DNA of 64,000 nucleotides from Octopus bimaculoides (taxonomy: Eukaryota), in the NCBI RefSeq assembly GCF_001194135.2, contig NC_068990.1, forward strand, positions 74,013,864-74,077,863. The letters run 5' to 3'. The position numbers were made by a program, and so were the translations under genes. The notes below the pieces were generated by a model, which saw only the letters and a program-made list of their open reading frames with translations, was not told the DNA's origin and did not search any database. The stretch's first letter is position 1; every line of letters begins with the position of its first letter. Below, piece by piece: positions 37,770 to 51,468 of this stretch.

Positions 37770-38125
37770 TGAGCAATCTGGAAAAATGAACGATCGGGAA
37801 AGCCTGCCACAAGCATCACCTCTAGAAATGTGGTTTTGTGCATTGAGAATTCATCCAGACCATCAAACAAGAGTTCTACTGTGATGTTTTGAAGTGTTTA
37901 AGGGTGGACACTTGGCGAAAGCAACTGGATCTGTGGAATGTGAAGAATTGGTTTCTTCACTGAGCTCTTATTACTCATATGTTTCTCACCAAAATCAACA
38001 CGGCATTGCTTCTGCACCCACTCTATCTGCCAGATTTAGCACCTCTGGATTTCCAACTCTTTCCCAAGATGAAAATGCAGCTCAAAGGTCGCTGTTTTAA
38101 CACTATTGTTGAGATCCAGAGTGAC
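37770..38125 (+). mobile_element. Mariner transposase C-terminal remnant
   Basis: QEFYCDVLKCLR...WFLH...HPLYLPDLAPLDFQLFPKMKMQLKGRCFNTIVEIQ matches HPPYSPDLAP.DF.LFPKLK..LKG.RF. Confidence 0.8.
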
Positions 38126-38127
38126 TC

Positions 38128-38545
38128 GCACCAATTATAACATAAATTCTCAGCTACCTCACGTGATCCCCCTGGGCATTTAAGAAAGTGTTTTTTCTTG
38201 TTAGTTCTTCCTATTTATTGCTCATCCACACACAAAATCTACTTTCGCTGTTAACCTACCTTTGATTCCATGCCACCTATTATGTGTCCACATTTTACAC
38301 TGGGTACACTGAATGGAATTTCTGTCAGCACCTCTCTGCATATCCATTCATCTGAAGGGATTAGTTTCCCGTCTATTTTCTAGCTTACTAAATTAACTTT
38401 AAGGCCCTTTGATTCCAGATTTTGCTTCCACACCTGGAGTTTAATTTCTAATTCTACTCTGAATTCAGCTGTCTGTCTCAACATACTAAACTCTCCTACA
38501 AGACATTAATCCAGACCTATACCAGAAGGTACCTAATCAAGAAAC
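38128..38545 (-). mobile_element. RTE-like LINE remnant (end of RT plus a Cys/His cluster)
   Basis: Minus frames read ELEIKLQVWKQNLESKGLKVN, then RGADRNSIQCTQCKMWTH...GIKGRL...FVCG, then LKCPGGS.EV. Confidence 0.75.
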
Positions 38546-38604
38546 AATTTACTGAGACTGAACCTGACATCATTTAGTTCTTAAGTGAATTTTTTAACAA
38601 CTTA

Positions 38605-38662
<58 letters not shown>

Positions 38663-38819
38663 CCTCTGCATATATATGTGCATAACAATGTGCATATGTA
38701 TGTACATGTGAATACATGTAAATACATACAAATGCACACAGCGATATATGAACATATATATGTGCATACATATAAAACATACGTATACATATATACATAT
38801 ATATATATTAATAAATACT

Positions 38820-38892
<73 letters not shown>

Positions 38893-39078
38893 GCACATAG
38901 ACACCCTCACATATAGCCACACATATATTTGCACATACACATATGTATATATGTACATATATGCATATGTACATGCATACATATATATATGTATATATAT
39001 ATAGATAGATAAATAGATAGATAGATAGATAGATAGATACATACATACATACATACATACATACATACACACATACAT

Positions 39079-39121
<43 letters not shown>

Positions 39122-39958
39122 TATATACATATATGTATATTTGTGGAAACTTTGAAAATGTCTGAAGTTGGTTAACTGAATAACACAGACTAATAACTTC
39201 GATTTCTAGTTCTTTCTTGCTTCATTGCAGAACAAATTAAATTATTTCTAGAATCTACTCTAGAATAACTAGAATACTCAGAAACAACCTGAAGATATTT
39301 CAACTGATATTTCAACCTTCTTGTCTAGGTTAACAGTAAGACGTTTGGCTAAGGAACCAATTTAAAAATTCGGAGAGCATATGGCTGAAATTCTATCACT
39401 CTTAATTTAGCTTCTAATTTTCATGAATGGGTAGATAACTTGTGTTTATATTTTATTATATTATTTTAATTTTTTTTTTACTTCAATGAGGTCAAAATAT
39501 TTCTTATCATGTTCAGTCCTCTCTGTGACTCAAATGATATATTCGGTGCCCACTCATTAGTCATGGTTGGGTTACAGTTAATGTCAACTGTGTATAGATG
39601 GTGATTGTAGGTGTGGTATTGCTGAATAGTTAAGAAGTTTGTTTTCCAAACATGAGAACTCTGTTTCAATTCCACTACCTGATACTTTGGACGAGCATCA
39701 TTTTCTATAGCCTTGCATCAACCCATACCCTGTAAGTGAAACTGGGCAGATGGAAACTGTGTAGAAGCCTGATGGATGGATTGTACATGCAGTTCAATGG
39801 CCTAGCCTTTTCGTCCTGGGTCATGCTCATTCCAGCTGAGAATAACATTGTGTGTACATATGTCTATGAAATACTCAACCACTCATGTGCCATTTTAGTT
39901 GATGAAACAACCGAATATTCATGGATGAAAATTCTGATTAAGATCCATTTTATTTTAG

Positions 39959-40012
39959 AGGTGCTGACAGAAATCCTCATCAACATCGTCATCATCCTCA
40001 TCATCCTGTCAT
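39959..40012 (+). CDS. Candidate 54-nt symmetric (phase 2-2) coding exon, GADRNPHQHRHHPHHPV
   Basis: Acceptor ccattttattttAG, donor GTGAGT, length divisible by 3, frame open and compatible with the exons at 54756 and 59652. The CAT-rich content could instead be a decayed microsatellite. Confidence 0.45.
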
Positions 40013-41100
40013 GTGAGTTGCTCAGACCAATGCAACTCTTTCATTTTCGATGTCCCAATCTTCCACAGCAGTTTTCAACTTGATATCCATTGTACTCCAC
40101 AAATTGATTAATTTAATATGATTACAGGTAAGTTCATGGCCATCAGTTCACCATGAAGTAAGTTCACCATGAGGAAGGTTTACTTAGAAAATATATCCAT
40201 TGGCACAGGTGTGACTGTGTGGTAAGAAGCTTGCTTCCCAACCACATGGTTCCGGGTTCGGTCCCACTGCGTGACACCTTTAGCAAAGCCTTGTGAGTGG
40301 GTTTGATAGACGGAAATCGAAAGAAGCCCACCGTATATATGTGTATATATTTGTGTGTGTGTCTGTGTTTATCTCCCCTCCATTGCTGTGTCACAACTCA
40401 ATAAATTCCTAACAATTTAAAACAACACAGTAGTTTCAGTATGGTCCCAATCTTTATTGCTAATACCTTTACAAAATGCTTCAACTAATATACAGGTAAC
40501 TAATTTTATATTTATGACAAGATTTGACGGCAGTAAGCTGGCATAATCATTACCTCAATGGATAAAACGCTCCTGAGCATTTTGTCAGGTGTACTAAAGA
40601 TAGACAAAATGCAGAGCAGTATTTTATCTGTGTGAATATTCTGAGTTCAAATTCTACCAATATTGACTTTGCCTGTTGATCAAATAAGTACCATTTGAGC
40701 ACTGGAGCTGACATAATCAACTTCCCCACCTCTCAAAATTTCTGGCCTTGTGCTAAAATAAGAAAAGAATATATATGACAGGATTTGGGTTAAGTTTCAA
40801 TATCTCTTAATTCTAAAGTAAAACATCATCATTGTCATAATCATAATCGTTACTGTCATCACCATTTTCATTGTCATCATCCTCAACATTACTAATATAA
40901 TATCTGAAAAAATTGCACCAATTGTTGTTGTTAGTGCTGCTGCTGATGAGGCTCTTTGTATACTGAATATGTAAAAGCACAATAACTCTTATTACAGTAA
41001 TTAGGCTTTTTTTCAAATATATTAATTTTTCACGTCTACACATGTATAAACATTACATCTACTCATCACAACTTTGACAAGTACAGTGAAGTTTGTTTCA

Positions 41101-41137
41101 CTGATGAAGTCTAATAAGACTAAAACATGTCCAGACC
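41101..41137 (+). ncRNA. Hammerhead motif with a core mutation (GAAA to AAAA) and missing 5' stem I
   Basis: CUGAUGA-AGUCU-AAUA-AGACU-AAA-ACAUGU-C: perfect stem II, palindromic stem III and GUC triplet, but G12 is replaced by A. Confidence 0.65.
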
Positions 41138-44100
41138 TATCTCTCATACATGCTGATAAATTAATATTCATCGTTTAACAAAAGCTGGCAGAGTCATTAG
41201 CATGCTGGACAAAATACCTCGTGGCATTTCATTTATCGTTATAACCTGGCTCAAATTCTGCTGAGATTGATTTTGCCTTTCATTCTTTTGGGCATCAATA
41301 AACTCTGGGGTCAATGTAATCAATTTATTCCCACCCTGAAATTACTGGCTTGTGTCAAAATTTTGAGACCAATATTAATCCCTGAGTTAATGTATTCATT
41401 TCTTCACTGTATAAATTTCTCAAAATAGATTTTTCATAGTCCCTGCATTAAACATGTTAACACTAACTTAACTATTAAAGAATTCATACTATAAATGGTA
41501 CTTATTCTGGAATATTTTAATTGTTTACCAAGTTCTAGACCTCAACCCAACACATTCTCTACAATCATCACCTACTCTTCCCGACCGGCCCTACACCATT
41601 TTATCAAGGGTGGTCATAGTATCGTAAGGGTTAAAATGTTTAGTTGAGGTATCCCCAGCCATATTCTATTGTATGAAGAAGCCTGAGAAACATGATAATC
41701 ATTCAATTAAATTAACCCCATTTTTTGATTGATGCTTTATTTTATAAACTCTTGGAAAGATGTAAGTCAAATGTGACCTTGACAGGATTTGAATTCAGAA
41801 TGTAAAGTACTGTAACTGAATACCACATGTTCTCTAATGATTTTGCTAATCCTCTACCTTAATTTGCCTTGTGTTAGCTATGCTGCTTTTAGGATTTAAA
41901 TATTGAAAACAGCAATGGCTACTTCTCTTTCTGACTTCATTTTATCCTTGTATTTTTTCTCTTCATTTAAAGTATATTTTAATTTTGAATGAATTATATT
42001 TAAAAACTTCGAATTTATTTATAAGCACATATACACTTATAACAGTCAGAGCTGTACACACACTCACATATACAGGGATGTACTGAATTGCCTTCACAAG
42101 CTTATCTACGTGTATAAATGGAATTTTGCCATTAGTTACACTGTCTACATTTTAAAAGATGGTAGAACTGTCACTTTAGAAATGATCTCAATATGAAACA
42201 ATTTTGAAGCTGATGAGTCATTAAACTCTTACAGATTACAATATAATTAATTATCTTACAAGTAGGATTTATTGTAATTAAACAGCCATGCTATGCGTTA
42301 ATTGCAGCAACATGTGCTACATGCATATTTTTACAATAAAAGTATCTCAATTTTCTTAAGAAAATAAGACATGTCAAAAACGAATTAATTTTCTAATTTA
42401 TAATATGAATAATTTAAAAATACAAGCAATTAGAAGCAATGAACAGCAGGAATCTCTACAAGCAAAAACATATTTTATTTTATTACTTTAACATCACAAG
42501 AGTTATGTAATTAATAACTTAATTACTTCAATGAAGAAAACATTAAGATTTTTAATTAATTTATTATTAAGCTAAGATTTCTCAAAAAATAAATTTGTAT
42601 ATATATTGTATGTAAATATGGACAACTGGAGAGATAAAATATTAAGTGAAACACAAAAATAAGTGTCAGGTGGGATTGCACACCATTTTGTTTTTTCTGT
42701 TTCATATAGCATCTATGTCCATGTTTATATTCAATGCATATTAATGTATTAAGATTTTTGTTTTCTAACATCTGCTTTCTATTGAACAAACCTCATGGTA
42801 ATAACTGGAAAAAATTATATTTTATGAATGAATTAACTACTAAGATATTTGGAGTAGAGTGATAGATATTTTAAGTACAGATTTGTGACAGAAAAGAGGA
42901 AGAGTAAGAAAATCTGAAACATAAACTTCTAATGATTACTTTATATTTAATTTTTCAATATTTTTCTGCAAACAAAATGCACATAATTTTATCAGCACAA
43001 ATAGATCTTGATGATAGAAGCTTTTAGGATTTGAAACAAGAATGTTATGGTTTCTAAAAGAACACTCTATCACAAAGTAATCATGGACAATTCAAGTGGA
43101 AAATATTGTCAGAAATAAGCTGAGGCCCTTTCCTCAATGACTTCTTTGATTGTGACAATGTTAGTATTGATTTGTGGCAAGTTTGTTGTTGGTGAAGAAT
43201 GGCTCATTACTTAAAGACTTTTCATGGATGAGCAGCCGATGTATTGCAGCCAAGTGTTTTCAGAAAGGCACATGGATATTTGGCAATGTTAAGCCAAAGG
43301 CTTTTACAGAACTGATCTGTGAAAGAGCAAGGACTCTTCCGTTCTTAAGGAGATTGGTGAAATGTCATATTGTAGCAACAGTGACTTCTATGATTGATTC
43401 ATTTGTGTTAAAAAGACTGGAGACTTTACGAGAATTGCTAAATACGCAACAGCAACTATTTGACATTTTCTTAACCTTTATTGCTGTCAAACTCTCTTCA
43501 GATTCATTTAAAAGTGAAAGAGAAATGAAAAAGTTCAGATATTTTGAAAAGATGTTTATGAAAGAGGAATAGAAATATTCAGATGTATTTTAAAAGTTTT
43601 ATTTCATTACTTTTGTTTAGACTAAAAGATCCTGAAACAAAAGTTACTTTCTAGAAGAAAACTGAAAGTTATTTGAATTAAAATTCTATAATTAAGACTG
43701 ACAGGACTATATTAGATATTTCAAGAAAAAAAAACAAGCTAGAAGTACACGCATTATCATAATGTTCAAAATTACTTCTAGTATTTCAACTTTACCTGCT
43801 TTTTAAGATTTGAAGCTGAATATAATTATAGATATGTGTGCGTAAAAGGATATGTGTATGTTTCTTTTTTTCACAGATTATTTTGGAGTGAAGTTTATAT
43901 GCTAATAGATATAATTAAAATACAGTTGAAAGATTAGAGGAAAGAACTGAACATTGGGCAACATATTTATTTGAATCTTAAACTTATCTTTTAGATAATG
44001 AGTTCAAATTCTAGCTGTTTAGACTTTAATTTTTCCAAACCTAAACAATGAATATCATCTGTATTAATACAGTTATGTTCTGTAAAGTTTCAGATATGTA

Positions 44101-44589
44101 TATGTGGCTGTGTGTATATGAATGATTTTATAAACTTAGAGTAATTTTGCCTTGAAATGTATATACGAATAAATATAATTAAATATGATTGAGAAAGTGT
44201 AGGAGATGTTACATGATTATTAAGTAAATCATGTAACATCTTTTTATTTTATTTAAATTTTAAGAATGTCACTTATAGTTAGGTGGTCCACAATATTCAC
44301 TCTTATTCCCTTACATAGTAAGTTAAAATCTTGACTGTTTAGTCATAAATTTTTTATACATAATGTACATCAATGTATAATAGGACCTGATGTTAGGTTC
44401 AGATATTTTATATCTATATGGTACACCAAAACCTCTTACATTTTACCTTTACTATTACTGATAGCAGCTGTCTAGTTATTTGTTAGACTATTGAATTTCA
44501 ATAACTACAATGTTGCTATAGATTTCATTCCAAATAGGGTCACTGCACTAAGAATGAACAACGCAAGAAAATCTCATCTCATCTTCTTC

Positions 44590-45170
44590 ACTTGCATATT
44601 CCCAAGAGGGATGGTGGGGGCAGAGTTCATATGTACACTTTACATCAAGTCTTGTCAGAAGCAGCCATCTCCAGTTGACTTGGCTGGATCACCAATAAGA
44701 CCACCTAAGCTCATGGTTGAAATCCACCCCTTTTTGCTCACGGTCTACCCCTGGGTCTCACGGTGATTGGTTTTGCCCATAAAACTTGTTCAGCAATTCT
44801 TTCCTGGGTCATTCTAACTACATGTCCAATGGTCAAATGAATGCAATTGCACATCCAAGCAACAAAAATGGAGTTTTTTTCAATGAGACTTTGAAGTAAC
44901 GGTACTCAATAGAGTGTGCATAACTCTGTGATCAGAGAGTAGAGCCACTACTCCTTCGAACTGAGAGATCAGAACTCTAATACTACACAAAGAAATACTT
45001 TTTCAAATAGTTAACACAGACTTTGCAGCAGAGAGGCATCCAGGAGCCATAGTATGGAAGCAGACTGGCCAAGACACTTGGAGAGTAAGATGTTAAGAGT
45101 TGAAACACTTTCCTGAGTGTGTGGAGAAGGGACTTCTTCTCTGAAGACCTTCTGCTGGTCAGCTCCCCCT
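44590..45170 (-). mobile_element. RTE-like LINE 3' remnant
   Basis: Minus strand reads GHVVRMTQERIAEQVLWAKPITVRPRGRP, the typical RTE C-terminal GHV.RM...RPRGRP motif. Confidence 0.65.
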
Positions 45171-47206
45171 AGAGTTTCTTACTATCATTTAGTGAGAAGT
45201 ATTTGTGGTTTATGTTCTTTGTTTAATTTCATATCAACTCTGATCAAGCAAACCTTTGATCAAATCCAGAAATACTTTATTTAATGTGTGTCCTTCCCTT
45301 TCTAAAGATCACAATGTGATTCCAGTGAAATTTCACTGCTATTTCTAGCTAGTTAAGAGACTACATAGGTACTTTTAATCACAGATTGGCATGCATGATT
45401 TCTGACTTATATATTCTTCACATGTCACATGTTATAGGTTATTTCAATAATGACAGACTAAGATTAACACATAATAATTAGCTCTCTTTTATGCCATTAA
45501 ACTTATGAATACACTTTTGAGATGAAATAAAAAAAATCAGAAATTTGAAGATAAACACTTGAAATAAACCACATATGTTAAAATATGTTTCTATATTTAT
45601 GAATCTAAAATGTTTATTTACCTCTTCTTTCTGCATTATTTTCCATAATTACTTTGAATAAATTCTTATTTGTATTTCACTATTTTTAGCAGTTGTAATA
45701 ATATCTCTTTACATGGAAATCATAAGTTTCTGTTTTTCTTCTTTCAAAACAAAGATATTCAAATAATTAACGAAGACTTTTCCTTGAATTTTTTGTCCTT
45801 CTTTTCTTTTCTTTTTGGTACAAAAAATTTTTTATGACTAAAATTGGTGAATTTATGTAGATTTCTTATATATATTTTGGTCCTTTAAATAAATATATGA
45901 ACCAGCTAAAAGTGAAGAAAAATAATTTCTGTCCAGAATACAAAAATTGTTACATTAGAATTGTATTTTCTTTTGTATTACAAAAGAATATTTTAGCTTT
46001 GTTTTTTTTTTTTTAGTTCTTTTTTTTTTTTCAGTATCACAAAAGCCATGAATATCATATTATGCATTCTGACTTATGTTATTATCCTCATCTTTAGTAA
46101 ACATTCTATTTTTAACCACCGAATGAATCAAGTCAGAAAAAAAAAACTGAATAAAAAACAATATAATGTGAACTTAGTATTGTTTTCATAAAGATCACTA
46201 TTTTTAACACAACATTACGACTCATTNNNNNNNNNNNNNNNNNNNNNNNNNNNNNNNNNNNNNNNNNNNNNNNNNNNNNNNNNNNNNNNNNNNNNNNNNN
46301 NNNNNNNNNNNNNNNNNNNNNNNNNNNNNNNNNNNNNNNNNNNNNNNNNNNNNNNNNNNNNNNNNNNNNNNNNNNNNNNNNNNNNNNNNNNNNNNNNNNN
46401 NNNNNNNNNNNNNNNNNNNNNNNNNNNNNNNNNNNNNNNNNNNNNNNNNNNNNNNNNNNNNNNNNNNNNNNNNNNNNNNNNNNNNNNNNNNNNNNNNNNN
46501 NNNNNNNNNNNNNNNNNNNNNNNNNNNNNNNNNNNNNNNNNNNNNNNNNNNNNNNNNNNNNNNNNNNNNNNNNNNNNNNNNNNNNNNNNNNNNNNNNNNN
46601 NNNNNNNNNNNNNNNNNNNNNNNNNNNNNNNNNNNNNNNNNNNNNNNNNNNNNNNNNNNNNNNNNNNNNNNNNNNNNNNNNNNNNNNNNNNNNNNNNNNN
46701 NNNNNNNNNNNNNNNNNNNNNNNNNNNNNNNNNNNNNNNNNNNNNNNNNNNNNNNNNNNNNNNNNNNNNNNNNNNNNNNNNNNNNNNNNNNNNNNNNNNN
46801 NNNNNNNNNNNNNNNNNNNNNNNNNNNNNNNNNNNNNNNNNNNNNNNNNNNNNNNNNNNNNNNNNNNNNNNNNNNNNNNNNNNNNNNNNNNNNNNNNNNN
46901 NNNNNNNNNNNNNNNNNNNNNNNNNNNNNNNNNNNNNNNNNNNNNNNNNNNNNNNNNNNNNNNNNNNNNNNNNNNNNNNNNNNNNNNNNNNNNNNNNNNN
47001 NNNNNNNNNNNNNNNNNNNNNNNNNNNNNNNNNNNNNNNNNNNNNNNNNNNNNNNNNNNNNNNNNNNNNNNNNNNNNNNNNNNNNNNNNNNNNNNNNNNN
47101 NNNNNNNNNNNNNNNNNNNNNNNNNNNNNNNNNNNNNNNNNNNNNNNNNNNNNNNNNNNNNNNNNNNNNNNNNNNNNNNNNNNNNNNNNNNNNNNNNNNN
47201 NNNNNN

Positions 47207-47253
<47 letters not shown>

Positions 47254-48680
47254 CATATATATTGTTTATACATACTTCATAAATACATATCTAATTGTAT
47301 GCACACAGTCCATACGTATATCAATACATGCATGCATACATACTTACACACATACATATATGCAGTCTATACATATATCAATACATACATATCTACATGC
47401 ATACACACACACACACACATTGATACATACAGAGCTATTTCAACTTGAAGGGTACCACTATGAAATTCAGGAACAAGAAATCATCAACAGGACCTGTTAC
47501 ATAAAAAACAGGAAACATCAACTGACAACAAATGTATGCTAGGCAAAATCCAAACCAATGACACTACCCACATTGTTACCAACTGTAAAAAAATATCATT
47601 CATATACTAACTTCTCATGAGACATAACGTGGTAGCCAGAACAATCTGGAAAAAAAGTGAAGGAAAAAAATAGCAATGAATAAAAATGAAAATATTGAAA
47701 CTGATGAATTGAAAAAAAAACATTAATGGAACCTAAATATAGAAACATTAATAAAATCAAACATGATCAACTTGATATTGCTGTCTGGGACCACAATATT
47801 AAAACAAGATCCATATGACTGTGCAATTAAGACGCTTGCTTTACAGTCACATGGAGTTAGCTTTAGTACCGCTGTATGGAACCTTGGGCAAGGATTTTCT
47901 ACTATAGGACCAAGCTGACCAATGCTCTGTGAATGAATTCCATAGATAGAAAACTGCATGGAAGCTTGTTGTATTTATATAAAAAAAGGTAGTTGATATA
48001 GAGAGGCCACTGATGAGGAGCTTACAAATCTAGTACCAACATGTAATATATCCAGCTTTTTACTAATTACTGGTTGGTGGATATGTATAAATCTACTTGT
48101 ATCAAAGTATCATAGAGCTTGAGTTCTTGATGAAACAACACAGCTACATAACTCATATACTATAAGTAACAACAACAACAACAATAATAATAATAATTTT
48201 TTCTGCTATAGGCACAAAGCCTGAAATTTGGGTGAGGGGAGGGGAGTAGTCGACTACATCATCCCCAGGACTCAACTGGTACTTATTTTATTGACTCTGA
48301 AAGGATGAAAGGCAAAGTTGAATTCAGAAGAATTTGAAGTCAGAACATAAAAATAGATGAAATACCACTAAGTATTTTGTCTGGCATGCTAACAATTCTG
48401 CCATTTTCACTAATAATAATAATGATAATAATAATAACAATAATAATAATAATAATCCTTTCTACTAAAGGTACAAGGCCTTAAATCTGAGTGAGGGGAC
48501 TAGTTGATTATATTGACCCCAGTGTTTTGTTGGGACTTAATTTATTGACCCTGAAAGAATGAGAGGCAAAGTTGACCTAGGCAGAATCTGAACTAACTCA
48601 GAACATAGTGATGAGCAAAATACCATGAAACATTTTGTCCAGTGCTCTAATGATTCTGGCATCATAATAATAATAATAAC

Positions 48681-49641
48681 CTGCTACAGTATGCTGCTAT
48701 TCCAGAAGGGGTTAACAAAAGTGGACTTGAGAGTGCTCATGAATTCCAATCAAGAAAAGCCAAGAGAAGAAACCCTACTCTGTATGGAATTACATGGTCA
48801 GTTCCACTGTGAAACCAACAAATTAAAAGACAAGGAAGCGTCATGGAGGTGGCTCAAACAAGGGTTACTGAAAAAAGAATACTGAAAGACTAATCATTGC
48901 TGCCCAGGATCAGGCATTGAATACCAACTCAGGAAAAAGAATATATACTACACAAGTGCAATGGACCTCTGCAGAATGTGTGGGAAGAGGTTGAAAGTAT
49001 GACTCACATTGTTAGTGCTTGTGAAAGTCTTGCACAGAAAGAGTACACGTGTAGACACGACAAGGTATCCCAAAACCTCCACTGGCTACTATGCTGTAAG
49101 TGTGGATATGAGGTTATGGGTGCTTGGTACCAACATACACTGAAAAAGGTAATGGATGAAAAGGGGAAGGCAAAAATCATCTGGGATTTTGACATCCAGA
49201 CAGACAGGGTGTTAGAGCACTGAAGGTTGGATATAGTAACCTTTAGGAGGGACAAACAAGAATGCCTAATAATTGATGCGGCAGTGCCAGGAGATCAACA
49301 TATTATCATGAAAGAAAGAGAAAAGGTTGATAAATATGGAGACCTGAGAACTGAGACCGCTAAGATGCGGCAGCTACGAGAATCAAACATAAAGGTTTTC
49401 CCTATTGTCATCGGAGCATTGGGTGCAATACCACCCAATCTGAAAAAAGAACATCTGAAAACCTTAGGAATACACTACAATCTAGATGTATTGCGAAAGT
49501 TGGCATTACTTGGAACTGTACACATATTGAGTAAAGTACTGTCTGTCTGAAGTCCTTATTGTGACTTGACAAACTGTACAGTAGATATAATATAATACTT
49601 TCAATCAACAACCTCACGTTATTGTATACTGTAAGATGTTT
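48681..49641 (+). mobile_element. 5'-truncated R4/Dong-like LINE (restriction-like endonuclease) inserted in (TAA)n
   Basis: LHGQF...SWRWL, CCHC knuckle CRMCG..ESMTHIVSAC, WDFDIQTDR, RLE motif R.DIV...IIDAAVP...EKVDKY, C-terminal PIVIGALGAIP...LLGTVHILSKVL. TAA repeats on both sides. Confidence 0.9.
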
Positions 49642-49701
49642 ATAATAATAATAACAATAATAATAATGATAATGATAATAATAATAATAATNNNNNNNNN
49701 N

Positions 49702-49740
<39 letters not shown>

Positions 49741-49797
49741 CAACAACATCTTTACGAGCATTTATACTGAACACTTACTCATTCATACACACAATAC

Positions 49798-49833
<36 letters not shown>

Positions 49834-50327
49834 AAACAGCAACAGCAATCACGGCCACTCCTCAATACTAGCACAACTATTAAATTCCATAGTGAAGAGC
49901 CGTTCACATTTTAGCTATCCACATCCTCATATCCTTGAAATACCACAAGCGACCCATCATCGTCAGCGTCATGATTGTTACTACACTTAGCACATTGCTA
50001 CTACTCTTGCCACAACTAAACAATAGCAACAGCAACAAGAATAGCACTAGAAGCCACTCCTCATTACAAGAACAACTGACCTATCAAACAACAGTATTTA
50101 GCTCTTCTCCTCAGTCAGGTAACTAAAATTTTTTCTCAGAACAACTCAAGAGATCCGTCATCACCATTTTCATCCTATTCTGCTTCTACACCAAATAGTG
50201 AAGAACCATTAATATCTTCCGCCAGCCNNNNNNNNNNNNNNNNNNNNNNNNNNNNNNNNNNNNNNNNNNNNNNNNNNNNNNNNNNNNNNNNNNNNNNNNN
50301 NNNNNNNNNNNNNNNNNNNNNNNNNNN

Positions 50328-50367
<40 letters not shown>

Positions 50368-50829
50368 CTGGAACTACAAAAACATTCCAAAGCCTCCAAA
50401 AAATTTGGAGAATGAATAGACTATGAATGATGTTTAATAGCACGAGACTGTTTCCTTTACAATCTTGTCACCAAGCAGGTGGCCAATCACATAAATACTA
50501 AAATTCCATTCATTTACTTATGCATCTATTTATACATATATGGATATATACATAAGACTTGCAATACACACATGTATGCTTACATATAAAAGTAGTCCAA
50601 GGAATAGTATACCTGAAAAATAAGCTAGGATGGTCATAGGTGAAATGCAATTACCATCATGTATTAACTGATTTAAGGCTGATGTGAGACTAAATAAAGC
50701 TAGCATCAACGCAAACAACATCATCAACAACAATAACGATGATCATGAAAACCAAAAAAAAAAAGCAATTTGCAGTCAGAAATTTTGTTTAATGGATATC
50801 AAATCTAGGTGATACATATGTGTAACAAC

Positions 50830-50871
<42 letters not shown>

Positions 50872-50882
50872 TAATAATAATG

Positions 50883-50918
<36 letters not shown>

Positions 50919-51468
50919 GAAACATGCATGTGAATAAATTACAATGTTCATTAGTGTGCATAGGAGATATCAATTAATACATTTCCAATTGAAGGATAAC
51001 AACATTAATCTGTAAACAGCTTTCTTAATCCAGGTTTGGAACAATGTGTTTCAGTCTGAGGTAGCATTTACAACAATTCTTTGATAGTGCATTGATCTGC
51101 TTTGTACTTGTCTGATTAGATACGTTTATATACGCATGGAAACTTGCTCACACATGCACACACACACACACGTGCATGCGTGCATGTGCATGCTCACACA
51201 CACTGATGCCTGTATCAAACCATACACGCTTCCATTCATTGATCAAGTTATCACTATATATAGGTTTTGTTCATTCATTTAACATTTGCTTTTCTATACT
51301 AGAAAAGCTTAGCTAGGGGTTGGTATGAGAAGAAGGATTTTGAGAGTCAGGTGCCATTCTTGTTGTCAATAGTTACCTGATTTTCAAGGAATGATCTTCA
51401 TGTTGCCAACAGCTGCATGGTTTTTCAATGGATTCACTTCAATGTGGCCAATATTCACTTGATCTAAA

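Noticed and set aside
38468-38527. 60-nt phase-2 exon candidate (CLSQHTKLSYKTLIQTYTR)
   Set aside because: It lies antisense within the RTE remnant and has a weak donor (GTACCT).
40013-40127. Strong donor cag|GTAAGT at 40128
   Set aside because: The upstream candidate exon has stops in all three frames; at most a non-coding or alternative terminal exon.
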